Of a stretch of DNA of 64,000 nucleotides, positions 19,762 through 30,945 are shown in pieces. The DNA is from an uncultured Phycisphaerales bacterium. GTDB lineage: Bacteria; Planctomycetota; Phycisphaerae; Tepidisphaerales; Tepidisphaeraceae. The stretch spans positions 192,001-256,000 of the forward strand of contig CAVWVQ010000003.1 in assembly GCA_963758525.1 (NCBI GenBank), given 5' to 3'. The notes under the pieces are model-generated. The model ran no database searches, was not told the DNA's origin, and was given only the letters and a program-made list of their open reading frames with translations. Positions within the stretch are counted from its first letter, which is position 1. Every line of letters starts with the position of its first letter. The position numbers were made by a program, and so were the translations under genes.

Positions 19762-22583
19762 TCATGGTGCCCTCCCCAAAAGCTTCACCGGCCCCGCCAA
19801 TCCCGACGGAAACACCGGCCAATTGCTGGCGTCCAACGGGTGATAGTCCGGGCTGACGATGTTAATGTCGCCGAAGACCTTCCACTCGACGTGCCGGCGA
19901 TCCAAATCGCGAATCCGATTGGCGGACAGATTCGTCACTTCCACTTCCAGCATGTTCCCGCCGGCTTGCAGCGCGCCGGCGGGCAGCAAAAGCCGGTACG
20001 GGGGCATGATCGCTGCTCCGATGGCTTTCCCGTTGAGCCGCACCCGCGCGCTCTGATACACGTCGCCCAGATCAAGCATGAGATCATCGCGCCGGGCCGG
20101 CGCGTCGAATGTCGTTCGATAGACTGCCGTCCCAGCGAAACGCTCGGCATCGGGTTCAGGGGCGCTCGTCCACGGCGCCAGCGTCTCCTGGCGATAGCCC
20201 TTGGGTAGCACGGGTCCGCCTTCAGTGAATTGAACTTCCCAGGGACCTTTCAGCTCGGCGACAGTTTCCGCAGGCTTTGCAAACTCGTAGCTTGCCGCGA
20301 CGCTCAAGTCCGCTTCAACAGTTCGCAGAATGATCGAATCGCCCGGGTCCAGATACAGATATACCTCCGCGTTGCCGGAAACTGTTCGCTGATTCACACG
20401 ACCGACTTGCCCTGTCATTGGATTCATCGCGACTACGCCGGCGGCAGGCCGCGCCAGCGCGAACCATCCATCCACAGCTTTCGCTGAGCTATTGACGATA
20501 AAGTAGTGCCGGCTCGTCCCCTGCCGACGGCGGATCATCGTGACTCCAGCCTGATCTACGATCGGCTCGCGCGCGACCTGCGCCGCGGCCAGAGCAGCCT
20601 CCAAATCTCCGACTAGCACGCGCCCCTTGCCGATCCGCGCTTCACGCAATCCGTTGTTCGTCGGGGAGGAGAACTGTATCGCTGCCTCCGCGGCTTTCAT
20701 CGCTTCGCGCCGCTCTTGCGCTTCCGCGAATCCTGGCACATCCTGCGGCAGGTCGCTTTCGAAGATCACCGTCGCCCCGCCCTCCGCGAGTTTGAGCAAC
20801 TGCCGTAGGGTTTCGACGGGCATGTGCACAACGGGAGGCGCGACCACCACACGATACTCGGCCCCGGGCGTCTTTAGTTTGCCGTCAACGCAGTTCGTCG
20901 AGGCAAGCTCGCGATCAGACACGTAATCGAATCCGAAACCACGCTCCCAGAGATGCGCCGCGGTCTTCCCGATCGGTTGTTGAGCGAGCCATGCCGGCGG
21001 CGCGCCGACTTCCAGGCGCTCCCCGATCACGTCACTCGAATGCCATAAATCGTGAATCGGCCAATAGAGCAAAACGTCATTGTCCGGCTCACCCAACTGC
21101 AGGACCGACTGACAGCGGGCGACGTAGGCATTGAGGATCGACACATCGTGCCAGATGGAGTTGCGCGGATTCATTTCCGTCGAGGCATAGAAACACCAGC
21201 CCGGCCAGGCGACGTCGTCGGGGGAATAGCAGCAGCCGTGATAGAAAATGTGATTGACGCCGCTGACGAAGAACTGATCGTCGAGCTCTTTCATCGCGCC
21301 CAGCGTCCCCTGGAAATGTTGCGCCAGCCACGTGCCGGTTTCGGAAGAGGTTCGCCGGCGGCCCATGACGTGCGCCGCCGACGAGGCAAATTTGCTGGAC
21401 AGCGGCGAGCCTTTTCCGAAGGCTTCTGTCTCGGGCATGTCCGCGATGCCGTAGAAGTCCAGCAGATTCGCCGCGCGCCGTGCGCCTGATTGCGCGTGAG
21501 AATGCCGTGCTGATGACACCAGGCGACCCATCGCGGGAACACGGCATCGACGATCAGATCGGAGACGGTTTCATGGTAATCCGTGCGTATTCTGCGAACC
21601 GTCTCGTCAGGCCCGATCCCCGCCAGCGCCGCGAAATGCTCCTGTAATTTGTAGCCTCGCAATTTTTCAAACTGCTCCAGCAAGTCCGGCGACCATTCGC
21701 CCCAATCCTGCGTCACGCCGGTGTTGTACTCGTACGAATCGTGAAACATGGCCCGCGGCATCACCGCATCGGGAGCAGCGAACGCTTCATTGAACGGCGC
21801 GAGAAACTTCTGCATCGCCGCCGGAAAGATCGGATTCAGCATCGGGCCGGCGCCACCCGGCGCGGACCGCTTGACGGCCGGGCCCTTTCGCCCGATCACA
21901 ATCACAAGCTTCCATCCGCCGCCCGGCGGCTTCCATCGCACGTTCCACTTCGCATCCACTCTGGCGTTGTCGATTTGGGTTTCGCCGCCGGCGGGATCGA
22001 CGGCGATGACATTCAGCACGTCTCCCTTGGGAAAGCCATGCTTTGGCGCCGGGATTGTCCAAGTCTCCGCGGCACTCGCGGGGATGTCGGCCGTGACAAG
22101 TGTGACGAAATACGCGGCCTCGCGCCTGGAGATTTGCGGGCCGCCGAAACACCAGCCGGTGCCGGTCGTCATATCGATTCCCATATCCAGCTTGCCGGCC
22201 TCGTGGACGGCGAAGGAGAGCATCTGCATCCACCGGCCGGTGAAATACGGAATCGACCGCGCGTCCGCTCCCTTCATTCCGTAGATTGGAGTGATGCTCA
22301 CCCCGCCGAGGCCGCCGTCATGGTATCGCTGCAATTCCCGGGCGAGATTCCCCTCGTCCACCGCGGACCCGGGCCACCAATTGAACGCCCACGGCTTGCA
22401 ATCACGCGTGATCGCCGGCCAGGCGAGCGGATCGCCGGCGCTTTGATCGTCGGCGCGAACGGAGCAACAGATTGAAAGAAGAAACAACAGGACCAACAAG
22501 GCGCTGGGAAGCGCTCGCAAAGCCCAAGTTAGCCGCGACGCGCAGCGGAGCGCGTATTGACTTACCCCGCTAAAACGGCGCAT
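19762..22583 (-). CDS. Secreted glycoside hydrolase, GH106 alpha-L-rhamnosidase-like (frameshift near 21475)
   Basis: KPWAFNWWPGSAVD, GGVSITPIYG, DMTTGTGWCFGGP, FHDSYE, RNQAHG | ANLLDFYG..DMPETEAFG, KFASSAAH, SSETGTWL, GVNHIFYHG, PSGLAGPV; signal-peptide-like N-terminus. Start uncertain. Confidence 0.85.
22528..22558. repeat. REP-like 31-mer (family C), with an inverted copy at 39523-39553
   Basis: gttagccgcgacgcgcagcggagcgcgtatt versus aatacgcgctccgctacgcgtcgcggctaac (reverse complement, 1 mismatch). Confidence 0.7.
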
Positions 22584-22646
22584 TGCGCCGTTGCACCCGC
22601 TCCGCGACACGTCGCTGCTGAGACCTTGCGTCAGAACTTCGCGCGA

Positions 22647-22768
22647 CTTGCCCCCTCTCCCGGTACTCCGGGAGAGGGCGGGGGTGAGGGTGATTCCGAA
22701 CGTCGGACGCCGCCGGTCCTCAAAATCACCCTCACCCCAACCCTCTCCCGGGGTACCGGGAGAGGGAG
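22647..22768. repeat. REP-like palindromic element, family A
   Basis: ccctctcccggtactccgggagagggcgggggtgagggtgatt ... aatcaccctcaccccaaccctctcccggggtaccgggagaggg. Confidence 0.8.
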
Positions 22769-22972
22769 TAATGAGACGCGATCTTACTTGGACGCAAGAT
22801 GGTATTTGTGACCTGAAGCAACCGACGCGCAATCGCTGACAACTTCCGCACCGTTGAAGAATCATCGCACGCCTCTCGCTGCAAATCACAAAAGCTGCAT
22901 CCCCTGTTTCGCCGCGCTCCGCGGCCGGCACATTCAGTTGCGGCGCCCTCCGCTTCCAACGATCATACTCCC

Positions 22973-24220
22973 ATGCGGAACGGCTGGATTGCGCTGGGGA
23001 TGATCTTACTCTCCGCCTCGGCGCACGGCGAAGGCTCCGATTGGCCGCAGTTTCTCGGCCCCGAGCGCAACGGCGAATATCACGGCAACGATCTTGCGGA
23101 TACCTGGCCCCGCGGAGGTCCCGCCGTGCTGTGGCATCGCGACATCGGAAAGGGCTGGGCCGCGCCGGTGGAACGAGACGGGAAACTGCTCGTCTTCCAT
23201 CGCGTCGGCGATACCGAGAAACTCGAATGTCTCGATCCGCTCACCGGAAGACAGATCTGGGTCGCGGATTCCCCGACGGCATACCAGGATGATTTTGGCT
23301 TCGACGACGGCCCGCGCGGCACGCCGAGCATCTCGGGCAATCGCGTTTACACGTACGATCCGGAAGGTTTTCTGCGGTGCCGGGACTTTGCTGCCGGCAA
23401 AGAGATCTGGGCAGTCGATACGAAGTCGCGATTCAATCAGGATAAGGGTTTCTTCGGCATGGCATGTTCGCCATTGGTCGAGGGAGATGCGGTTGTCGTG
23501 AACATCGGGGCAACAGGCGCGGGGGTCGTGGCGTTCGACCGCGCAACCGGCAAAACGCTCTGGAAAGCGACCGACGACGAAGCCGGCTATGCTTCGCCCG
23601 TCGCCGCGACCATCGGCGGCAAGCGATACGTTCTTGCCTTCACCCGAGCCGGCCTCAATGCCTTGGATCCGGCAACGGGGAAAACGTATTTTCAGTATCC
23701 GTTTCGCTCCACCATGAACGCATCGGTCAATGCGGCAACGCCGCTGGTGATCGATGACACGATCTTCCTTTCCGCCAGCTACGAAACCGGCGCGACGCTG
23801 CTGCGGTTTCACGAGAACGGCCCTGAGAAAATCTGGGCCGACGACGGCGTCCTTTCCAACCATTACTCAACCAGCGTGGCTCACGACGGCTATCTCTACG
23901 GTTTCGACGGCCGCCAGGAACAGGGACAGCATCTGCGATGCATTGAGCTCAAGAGCGGGAAGGTGCAATGGAGCCGAGACGATTTCGGCGCGGGAACGCT
24001 GATTGTTGCGGACGGGCTGCCGACGCCGGAGCTGATTGTTCTGACGGAAAAGGGAGAGCTGGTGGCGGCAGTCGCGTCGCCGGATGGATACAAGGAGCTT
24101 GGGCGCAAGCAACTCGTTGGCTTTGAAACGCGGGCGAACGCGGCGCTGGCGAACGGGCTCTACTTCGCGCGGGGCAAGAAGGAGTTGGTCTGCGTGGATT
24201 TGAGGAAGCCGCAGAAGTGA
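22973..24220 (+). CDS. PQQ-binding-like beta-propeller protein (BamB-like, secreted)
   Basis: Signal peptide; DWPQFLGPERNG, GPRGTPSI, FFGMACSPLV, GYASPV, repeated DxxTGKxxW. Confidence 0.88.
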   Translation: MRNGWIALGMILLSASAHGEGSDWPQFLGPERNGEYHGNDLADTWPRGGPAVLWHRDIGKGWAAPVERDGKLLVFHRVGDTEKLECLDPLTGRQIWVADSPTAYQDDFGFDDGPRGTPSISGNRVYTYDPEGFLRCRDFAAGKEIWAVDTKSRFNQDKGFFGMACSPLVEGDAVVVNIGATGAGVVAFDRATGKTLWKATDDEAGYASPVAATIGGKRYVLAFTRAGLNALDPATGKTYFQYPFRSTMNASVNAATPLVIDDTIFLSASYETGATLLRFHENGPEKIWADDGVLSNHYSTSVAHDGYLYGFDGRQEQGQHLRCIELKSGKVQWSRDDFGAGTLIVADGLPTPELIVLTEKGELVAAVASPDGYKELGRKQLVGFETRANAALANGLYFARGKKELVCVDLRKPQK

Positions 24221-24307
24221 AACGCCCGCCTGCGTCCAACTGAAGGTGTTGAAGAAACGGGAAGAAACGGGAATCACAGCCGGGGCAGCCGTGCCACAAG
24301 GGTCGCC

Positions 24308-24848
24308 ATGTCGAATCTGATCGTTCGTCTGCTGTTGTCAATTTTGATGATTCCGCTTGCGATTATCCTGTACGTCGTCGTCGTGGTGAGCACGGATCGA
24401 CATTTCGGAAGTGGAAGCGCAATCGTGGCTGCCAGCGCGACCTGGATCTTCATCGCTATCTACTGGATCAGCCTGTGGCGCGAAGCGGTGCAATGGGATT
24501 CGTGGCGGACGAGCGCAACGCTGGTGGCGGCGGTTCTCTCAGCGTTGACCGCACTCATCGCCGGCGTTGTCCTGAACAATGTGGAGCGTGACCTTGGCAC
24601 TGTTATCGGAAGCCTGACGGCGCCGCTGCTGTGGCTGGTGAGCACACTGCTCATCTGGCGCGAAACGTCGACAGAGCGGGTCGAGCGCCTGCGCTGCCGG
24701 CTCGAAGGTGCTGGTATGCCCGGCATGCGGGTACAACCTTACCGGATTGCGGGAAGTGCGCTGTCCGGAATGCGGGATGCAGATGACTCTTGATGAATTG
24801 ATCGCGGCGCAACCGAGGGTGACTGGCGCGGAACTTGAAGACCCATGA
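24308..24848 (+). CDS. Membrane protein with C-terminal zinc ribbon (frameshift near 24700)
   Basis: Four TM segments in ORF 24308..24793. The shifted frame gives VLVCPACGYNLTGLREVRCPECG..EDP* (TGA 24846-24848). Confidence 0.75.
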
Positions 24849-24929
24849 GAGGAGAGGGGGAAACCGCGAGCAAGCTCGGCGACTACACAGGACAACTCGA
24901 CGGTGGAATAACTGCATTACAACGGCAGC

Positions 24930-25381
24930 CGTAGGGTCCGCTCGGCGGCGAAAGGTGGATGTGCTTGCAAAACGCTGCTCGTCGCGCGTGCGGACCAACT
25001 CGGGGGTTAAACGGCCGCTGCCGGTGCTACTCACGGGGCTTGGATGCGCGACGAATAACGATATGCGGCGCTGGTCTTCTACGCCTCGGAGGAATGGTCC
25101 GCACGGCGGCATGGCGTCCTTCGACTAGCCCAAGTGTTCGTTGCCGCCGAGCGGACCCTACGCGGCTAAAGGATGGGTATCCTTGCAAATGGCCCTCGCC
25201 GCCGTGCGGACCAATCCTCGGGGGTTAGTCGGCCGTGCGAGCGCATCTCGGGGTGGACGGCGCGACGAATAACGATATGCGGCGCTGGTACTCGACGATC
25301 GCGGAGGAATGGTCCGCGCGGCGGCATGCCGTCGTTCGGCTATAGTTCAACTGTCGTCGCCGCCGAGCGGACCCAGCGCCG
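24930..25381. repeat. Tandem pair of ~200-bp structured elements with GTAG-REP-like outer arms
   Basis: Outer arm cgtagggtccgctcggcggc pairs with gccgccgagcggaccctacg. Each unit has an inner stem cgtgcggacca..tggtccgcrcg around a conserved core cgcgacgaataacgatatgcggcgctggt. Confidence 0.7.
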
Positions 25382-25593
25382 AACCGTGATGGATTACATG
25401 AAATGACAAGACGGAATGCGAAATGGCTGGCGGTGTGGATCATAAGCGTGCTCGTCGCACACGCTATTCTTGTGGTGAGGCAGACGATATGCACCTACAG
25501 GAGGAAGCCTGCGGGCCAAAGATAAAAGCGTCTTGGTACTTGCAGCCTTCCTGGCATGGCGAAAAGTTTCCGACATCTTGCCACTTGTGATAG

Positions 25594-26871
25594 TTACCTT
25601 GGTCTGCGGTGCTGCAAGCGCCTCGATGGTGGCAGTACTATTCTTCGTTCTGCCGAGCGTGATCTTCGCTCCAGAGGCACCCTGAAACACATGGCCGCTG
25701 GTCCTAGAAGGGCAGTTTTAGTGCGAGGGAAATAGTTCTCGTAGTTGCCGCGGATTTCCGTCATCGAATCGCCGCCGAACTTTTCCAAAAATGCTCGGGC
25801 GATCTCGAAGGCAATCACGTTTTCCATCACCACCGACGCGGCGCTGATCGCGGAGATGTCCGATCGCTCCCAACCGGCTTCGGAGGGGGCTTTGGTGTTG
25901 AGATCGACGCTCTTGAGCGGTTTCCCGAGCGTGCTGATCGGCTTCATCGCGCCGCGGACCACAACGGGTTTCCCGTTGGTCATCCCGCCCTCGAGGCCGC
26001 CGGCGTTGTTGCTGCCGCGGGTGAAGCCGAGGGATGCGGTTTGCTTCGCAACGGGATCGAAGGCAATTTCGTCGTGCACTTTGGAGCCGGGGAGGCGCAC
26101 CGCTTCGAAACCAAGACCGATCTCCACGCCCTTAAACGCCTGGATGCCGACGACCGCGGCGGCGATGCGCGAATCGAGCCGGCCGTCCCACGTCATGCAG
26201 GACCCCAGGCCGATCGGGCAGCCGAAGACATGAGCTTCGACGATCCCGCCGGCGGTGTCCTTGGCCAGTTTCTGATCGTTGATGAAATCCCGCATCGCCT
26301 GCCCGGCGGTTTCGTCGGGGCAGTAAACATCCGATGCGTCGCGCTTGGCGAGCAATTCGCGCCAGTTGGATTCTGTGACAACGGTCGGGGCCAGCGCCAA
26401 GCCAACGGCGCGGACAAAGCCAAACACTTCGATGCCAAACTCGCGCAGCAGACAACGGGCCACGGCCCCCGCCGCCACGCGCACCGCGGTTTCGCGGGCG
26501 CTCGCGCGCTCCAGCGTTTCCCGGCAGTCTGTCGTGAGCCACTTGACGGACCCGGCCAGGTCCGCGTGACCGGGGCGCGGGCGGTGCAGCGCCGGAGTGG
26601 CGGACGGGTCGTCGAGCCGGGAATCTTTGTTGGGGATGAGCAGCGCGATCGGCGAGCCGATCGAATGCCCCAACCGAACGCCGGTGAGCAACTCGGCGTG
26701 GTCAGTCTCGATCTTTTGACGCCCGCCCCGGCCATAACCCCCCTGCCGACGGCGCAATTCGCCATCGACAAACGCCTGATCCAACGGAACGCCCGCGGGC
26801 ATTCCTTCGATGAGCGCGATCAGCGCTTTGCCGTGCGATTCACCGGCGGTGCGATAAGTCAGGTAGCCCAT
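25594..26871 (-). CDS. aroC: Chorismate synthase (the 3' end may really stop near 25705)
   Basis: TAGESHG, RRQGGYGRGGR, RPGHADL, ERASARETA, NNAGGLEGGMTNG, MKPISTL. Confidence 0.96.
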   Translation of the reverse strand: MGYLTYRTAGESHGKALIALIEGMPAGVPLDQAFVDGELRRRQGGYGRGGRQKIETDHAELLTGVRLGHSIGSPIALLIPNKDSRLDDPSATPALHRPRPGHADLAGSVKWLTTDCRETLERASARETAVRVAAGAVARCLLREFGIEVFGFVRAVGLALAPTVVTESNWRELLAKRDASDVYCPDETAGQAMRDFINDQKLAKDTAGGIVEAHVFGCPIGLGSCMTWDGRLDSRIAAAVVGIQAFKGVEIGLGFEAVRLPGSKVHDEIAFDPVAKQTASLGFTRGSNNAGGLEGGMTNGKPVVVRGAMKPISTLGKPLKSVDLNTKAPSEAGWERSDISAISAASVVMENVIAFEIARAFLEKFGGDSMTEIRGNYENYFPRTKTALLGPAAMCFRVPLERRSRSAERRIVLPPSRRLQHRRPR

Positions 26872-26969
26872 TCGTCACATCGTAACTGAAAAGCGGCCGG
26901 GATTCAGGGGAGCAGTGTTCAGACCGCACCCGATCCTGACAGCGCCAAATCCGCTACTGATGTTCAGGC

Positions 26970-27346
26970 TCAATATGCTTGTAGAGCTCGAAGCCTGGGG
27001 AATATCGCGAAGTGCTTCAAATTCTGAGTGACAACGACTGAGCAGCGGTCGCCGCGATCTGGCAATCCGGCCAGTTCACACCGTTCGACAGATGATACCG
27101 CCGGTAGAGATTAAGGGCTTGCAGCCCGTCGGATTCGTCGGGACATATGATTTGCATTGAGCCAAGAAACGAATCAATTATCCTTTGCTCACGCTTATCG
27201 CGCGCCCCGGCGAGGAGTTCGGCCGCCACCATAACGTGCGTCGCAAGCGACCCCTTTGTAGACTCAGAAACCAAGAATGCTGTTGCCTTCGTGTGACCTC
27301 GCAGCCAGTCAATGAGGATGGAGCTGTCGAGCAATCCGCTGCTCAT
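26970..27346 (-). CDS. VapC-like PIN-domain toxin (frameshift near 27040)
   Basis: LLDSSILIDWLRG, ELLAGARDK, DCQIAATA; the shifted frame gives VVTQNLKHF..AY*. Confidence 0.85.
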
Positions 27347-27577
27347 CTACTCGTCCACCCGGCTCATCAATTTTCTGCGCAGCACTCTGGAGGCCTCCAC
27401 AGCATCATCCGGAAGATCGGTCCGATCTTTCCATATTCCTGCGGCAGGATGATCGGCCATGCTACTGCCGCCAGCAACGGATGACTCGACTGGCGTCACC
27501 AACACAATCGTTCCTTCTTCGGGCTTGATGCCATCAAGAACAACCACCCCATTGCTGACGATTCCACGGTAAGTCAT
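27347..27577 (-). CDS. Putative antitoxin (AF2212/DUF104-like N-terminus)
   Basis: MTYRGIVSNGVVVL..EGTIVLVTP..GIWKDRTD; abuts the PIN gene. Confidence 0.7.
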   Translation of the reverse strand: MTYRGIVSNGVVVLDGIKPEEGTIVLVTPVESSVAGGSSMADHPAAGIWKDRTDLPDDAVEASRVLRRKLMSRVDE

Positions 27578-27610
27578 GAAATACCACCACAACACTGACA
27601 CAACAGATCT

Positions 27611-27629
27611 ATTATAACGGTGTACCGTT
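27611..27629 (-). promoter_or_regulatory. TATAAT -10 box overlapped by the palindrome AACGGT-N2-ACCGTT (putative TA operator)
   Basis: The minus strand reads aacggtacaccgttataat about 35 bp upstream of the antitoxin ATG. Confidence 0.5.
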
Positions 27630-27690
27630 GTCGGTCCAACCGCGATTCAGGAGTGTGTCTTGCATCGCCACGCTGTGTTCCAGCGAAACT

Positions 27691-28237
27691 TTAAAACTGC
27701 TGCGTCGGGTCCGGCACCACCACGACTTTTTCCAGCAGCACGTAATTGCGGCCGCGGTACTCTGTCACCATTCCCGTGACGCGAAAGCGCAGATCGCGGT
27801 TGGCGCTGGTGACGGCGTTTTCCATGGCCATCAGCTTGAGATTCGGAAGAATCAGAACCGGCGGGTCTTTCATCGTCTTGCCGTCAGAATCAAACGTGAA
27901 TTCCGCTTGCGAGCCGTCGCTGGTGCGGTTCAGCCGGCCCACGCGATCGACCAGATACGACCCTTCGCGCAGCACGTTGAGGGTGGGAGCGCCGGGCGCT
28001 GACGGCGCCAGAGCCGCTGCGCGTGTCGACCGCGGGCCCGTCGGGCGTGGGTTGCAGCGGGCGCGCCGCCGAGGGACTGGGCCGGAGCATCCGGCTCAGC
28101 ATCTGCTCGGCCGTGAGCGAGCGAACCGCCGGCGCGGTGGTAGCCTGCGTTGCCGGCGCCGTGGAGGCAGGCCCGTCGTCACCGGCGGCATATGCACACA
28201 CACAACAAAGTGACGCGAAAATGACGGCGGTTTTCAT
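27691..28237 (-). CDS. Conserved-looking secreted hypothetical protein (frameshift near 28000)
   Basis: Signal peptide MKTAVIFASLCCVCAYA plus Pro/Ala/Thr linker (ORF 27890..28294), joined to ORF 27691..27975 (LLREG..DRVGRL..LPNLKLMAME..VTGMVTEYRGRNY). Confidence 0.7.
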
Positions 28238-28324
28238 GAGGTCGCTCCAGCAAATGTCAGCCGGGTCTTCATCGGCATCGCAACGCCGCTGCACGCATTC
28301 CCAGGCCGCGGGTCCAATAAAAAA

Positions 28325-29209
28325 TCACTCGTGCTCATTGTACCGCGGACCGGCAGCCCAATTGAGCTTTTCCGCAAGACTTCGCCATTCCCGCGCATCG
28401 GGATCCTCAACCAGCAGAGCGTCGTACTTCCCCCGGCGAACCACGACGATGTCCCCCTTGCACAATTTCGCCATCGCCTGCCCATCGCAGAAAAGCGTCG
28501 TTCCTTCGTTCACCCGCGACGCGATGATGCGCACCGTCGTCTTGGATGAAACAACGACCGGCCGAAACGAAAGGCTGTGCGGGCAGATGGGCGTGATGCA
28601 GAACGCCTCCACATCGGCGTTAATGATCGGTCCGCCCGCCGACACGTTGTAGGCGGTCGATCCGCTGGAGGTGGAGACAATCACCCCGTCCCCGAAATAG
28701 CGGACGCCTCCCTCGCTGTCGGCGGAAATCTCCAGCTCAACCATATGAAACGGCGGGCCGGCCGTGATCACCGCGTCGTTCAGAGCCGTGGCGCTGAAGC
28801 TGGCACACCTGCAGGAAGCCTCGTGTTGATGCCGGTCATAATGCGAGCCGGGCGGAAGCACGGTGGCTTCAAGCATCTGCCGGCGCCGGACCGGCAACCC
28901 CTCGCGAAGATACCGCTCGAGGTACGAGCGGAAATTATCCGGCGTGAAGCTCGATAGAAATCCGAGCCGCCCGAAGTTGACGCCCATCAACGGAACCGGC
29001 TTGCCCGCCAATCGACGGGCGACGGAAAGCAGGGTCCCATCCCCTCCGAGAATCAGAATCAGATCGGCCGGGACCGCTGCGAGATCGAGCAGCCCGTCTT
29101 CCTCAACGCCGACCAGTTGGGCAACTTCCTTGAGGCGCGGAAGGAGTGCCTCCAGCGCAGGGCGCACCCGGGGCTTGTCCACATTGGCAACGACAAAGAC
29201 GCGTTTCAT
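28325..29209 (-). CDS. nadK: NAD(+) kinase
   Basis: LGGDGTLL, GVNFGRLGFL, ALNDAV, GDGVIVSTSSGSTAYNVSAGGP, PICPHSL. Confidence 0.95.
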   Translation of the reverse strand: MKRVFVVANVDKPRVRPALEALLPRLKEVAQLVGVEEDGLLDLAAVPADLILILGGDGTLLSVARRLAGKPVPLMGVNFGRLGFLSSFTPDNFRSYLERYLREGLPVRRRQMLEATVLPPGSHYDRHQHEASCRCASFSATALNDAVITAGPPFHMVELEISADSEGGVRYFGDGVIVSTSSGSTAYNVSAGGPIINADVEAFCITPICPHSLSFRPVVVSSKTTVRIIASRVNEGTTLFCDGQAMAKLCKGDIVVVRRGKYDALLVEDPDAREWRSLAEKLNWAAGPRYNEHE

Positions 29210-29336
29210 TCCGGGCGGATTCTAAAATAAGCCGGAAGAAAGGGATATAGCCACGTCGGGAAGCGACGCAGGTTGCTGGTGACTGGTGACTGGAACGTGA
29301 GCTCCTTCTGCTTCGATCGAGGCAGCAATTGCAAAT

Positions 29337-29803
29337 TTGGGCGCGCTGGGCCAAAGCATCCAGTCTCAGGGCTCCCCGCCAACGGACGCACAGCTCGATC
29401 AGATCATCGCCGACGTGCAGAAGGCCTATCAGGCATACGATACTTATGCTGCGCAACAGGCGGCCACGCTCCACGCGGCGGGGGAATACATGCGTTCGGT
29501 GTATTTTACGACGGACGCCAAGGTTGAGGTGCTCAACGCGATCAATGCACTGCCGGTCCACCCATTCGGACTCCTTGGAAACAATGTGGAATACCTGACC
29601 CTGAACACGGCCCTCAACGATTTCGCGAATGGGGCCAGCGTGTTGGTTGGTCAGGCGAACAAGGTAGTCCGCGGCGCCGAAATCGCGCACACGACCGCCG
29701 AGGTTGCACTGTTCGCGGGCGGCGTCGCCTCGCTCGGCGCAACAACACTGGCCGCATACGCCGCCGACGGCGCGAACGTTGCGGCAGGAAAGCTGATTTC
29801 GGC
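29337..29803 (+). pseudogene. Fragment of a larger protein (Gly/Ala-rich hydrophobic stretch, toxin-like), cut by a RAYT-element 3' piece
   Basis: Coding-like frame with no convincing start; ends abruptly where the 29804-30088 repeat begins. Confidence 0.45.
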
Positions 29804-30088
29804 GGTCGAGCCTGGGCTGCCAGAAAGAGCTGGCGAGACAACTGCTCGACGATTGGCCGATCGACCGCCCGCGGAACTGGACGGCGCTGGTGAACGAGCC
29901 GATGGATCCGGCCGCCGTGAAACGGGTGGCATTTAGCTTCGAGCGTGGCCGGCCGTTGGGAAGCGATCCCTGGACCCTGAAAATGGCGGGCCGGATGGGG
30001 CTGCAGTACACTCTGAATCCGAGAGGCAGGCCGAAGATGCCGGAAAAAGGCAAATAAAAACGGTGGATGTCACCTTAACAGCTTCCCT
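29804..30088 (+). mobile_element. 3' fragment of the RAYT-like element (near-identical to 31423-31708), including the right end
   Basis: Direct comparison shows ~285 bp with a few differences; encodes LLDDWPIDRPRNW..NPRGRPK and carries tggatgtcaccttaacagc at 30064-30082. Confidence 0.9.
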
Positions 30089-30178
30089 TGCCCAGACACA
30101 AGAACCAAGTTGGACTTGGTACTGGGAAGCAGCATCATTTCAGAAGGTTACTAATTTCTGAATTCTGATGGCCCAGTT

Positions 30179-30874
30179 ATGATGAACCTGTTCACGTTGC
30201 GCATCCACCGAAGATTTGTCATTATGGCTTTGATCCACTGCGCACCCTTAGTGGGAATACTTAGCATTGGCGAAAAAAGCGACTTTTGTGTAATGAGGAT
30301 GCATTTTCGAGCCCTTGGCTTCTATGGTATAGAATGCGCCCACAAAGAAGTGCTAGTGTGTCGGGGTAGTAACGTGCCAATGAGTGTGGACGCGCCAGAG
30401 GCCGCCGGCTATGCAGAGATCCCATATGCGACGGGTCCTTCAAACTTCGATTGTATGGTAGCGCGGCACTTTTATAATCCATGGGAGTTGGAATATTCGG
30501 GACCAGAGATGGAGGGGCGGCGTTATCCGGTTCTCGCGACTTCGGTCAGCAGACAGAAGTTGCTCGCCACTATTACGCAGGCACAACGCCGCGAAATAAT
30601 TACTCAGTGCTGGCACGGCTTTGGGTTGCAACGCACCACGGACGGCACCGAGTCATGGTTGTGCGTTGTGACGCCGCTCTGGCCAATCACTACGTTGGCA
30701 GCGGTCGTGTCTGCCGGCGGGTGGGTGCCGCTCATCGCGCGCTATTCTTTACGCCGCCGGCGCGTCCGAGCGGGGCTTTGCCCTAGGTGTGGGTACGACC
30801 TTCGTGCAACACCATTTTGCTGTCCGGAGTGCGGGAAGCTGGGTGCCACTGCAGAGCCGAAACTGTTAACGTGA
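30179..30874 (+). CDS. Membrane-anchored hypothetical protein with C-terminal zinc ribbon
   Basis: N- and C-terminal TM segments, then RRRRVRAGLCPRCGYDLRATPFCCPECG; lower GC than the flanks. Confidence 0.8.
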   Translation: MMNLFTLRIHRRFVIMALIHCAPLVGILSIGEKSDFCVMRMHFRALGFYGIECAHKEVLVCRGSNVPMSVDAPEAAGYAEIPYATGPSNFDCMVARHFYNPWELEYSGPEMEGRRYPVLATSVSRQKLLATITQAQRREIITQCWHGFGLQRTTDGTESWLCVVTPLWPITTLAAVVSAGGWVPLIARYSLRRRRVRAGLCPRCGYDLRATPFCCPECGKLGATAEPKLLT

Positions 30875-30945
30875 CAATGCTCGAAGCCGGCACGACGTAT
30901 TACTATCAGGTCGAGGCGACCAACGATGCCGGGAACTTGGAGAAG

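Noticed and set aside
24930..25381. CRISPR or integron attC array
   Set aside because: Only two units ~215 bp apart, no cassette ORFs between them and no integrase.
25403..25686. Small frameshifted membrane protein (MTRRNAKWLAVW..)
   Set aside because: Needs an assumed frameshift, overlaps the aroC ORF end and has no recognisable family; too weak to call.
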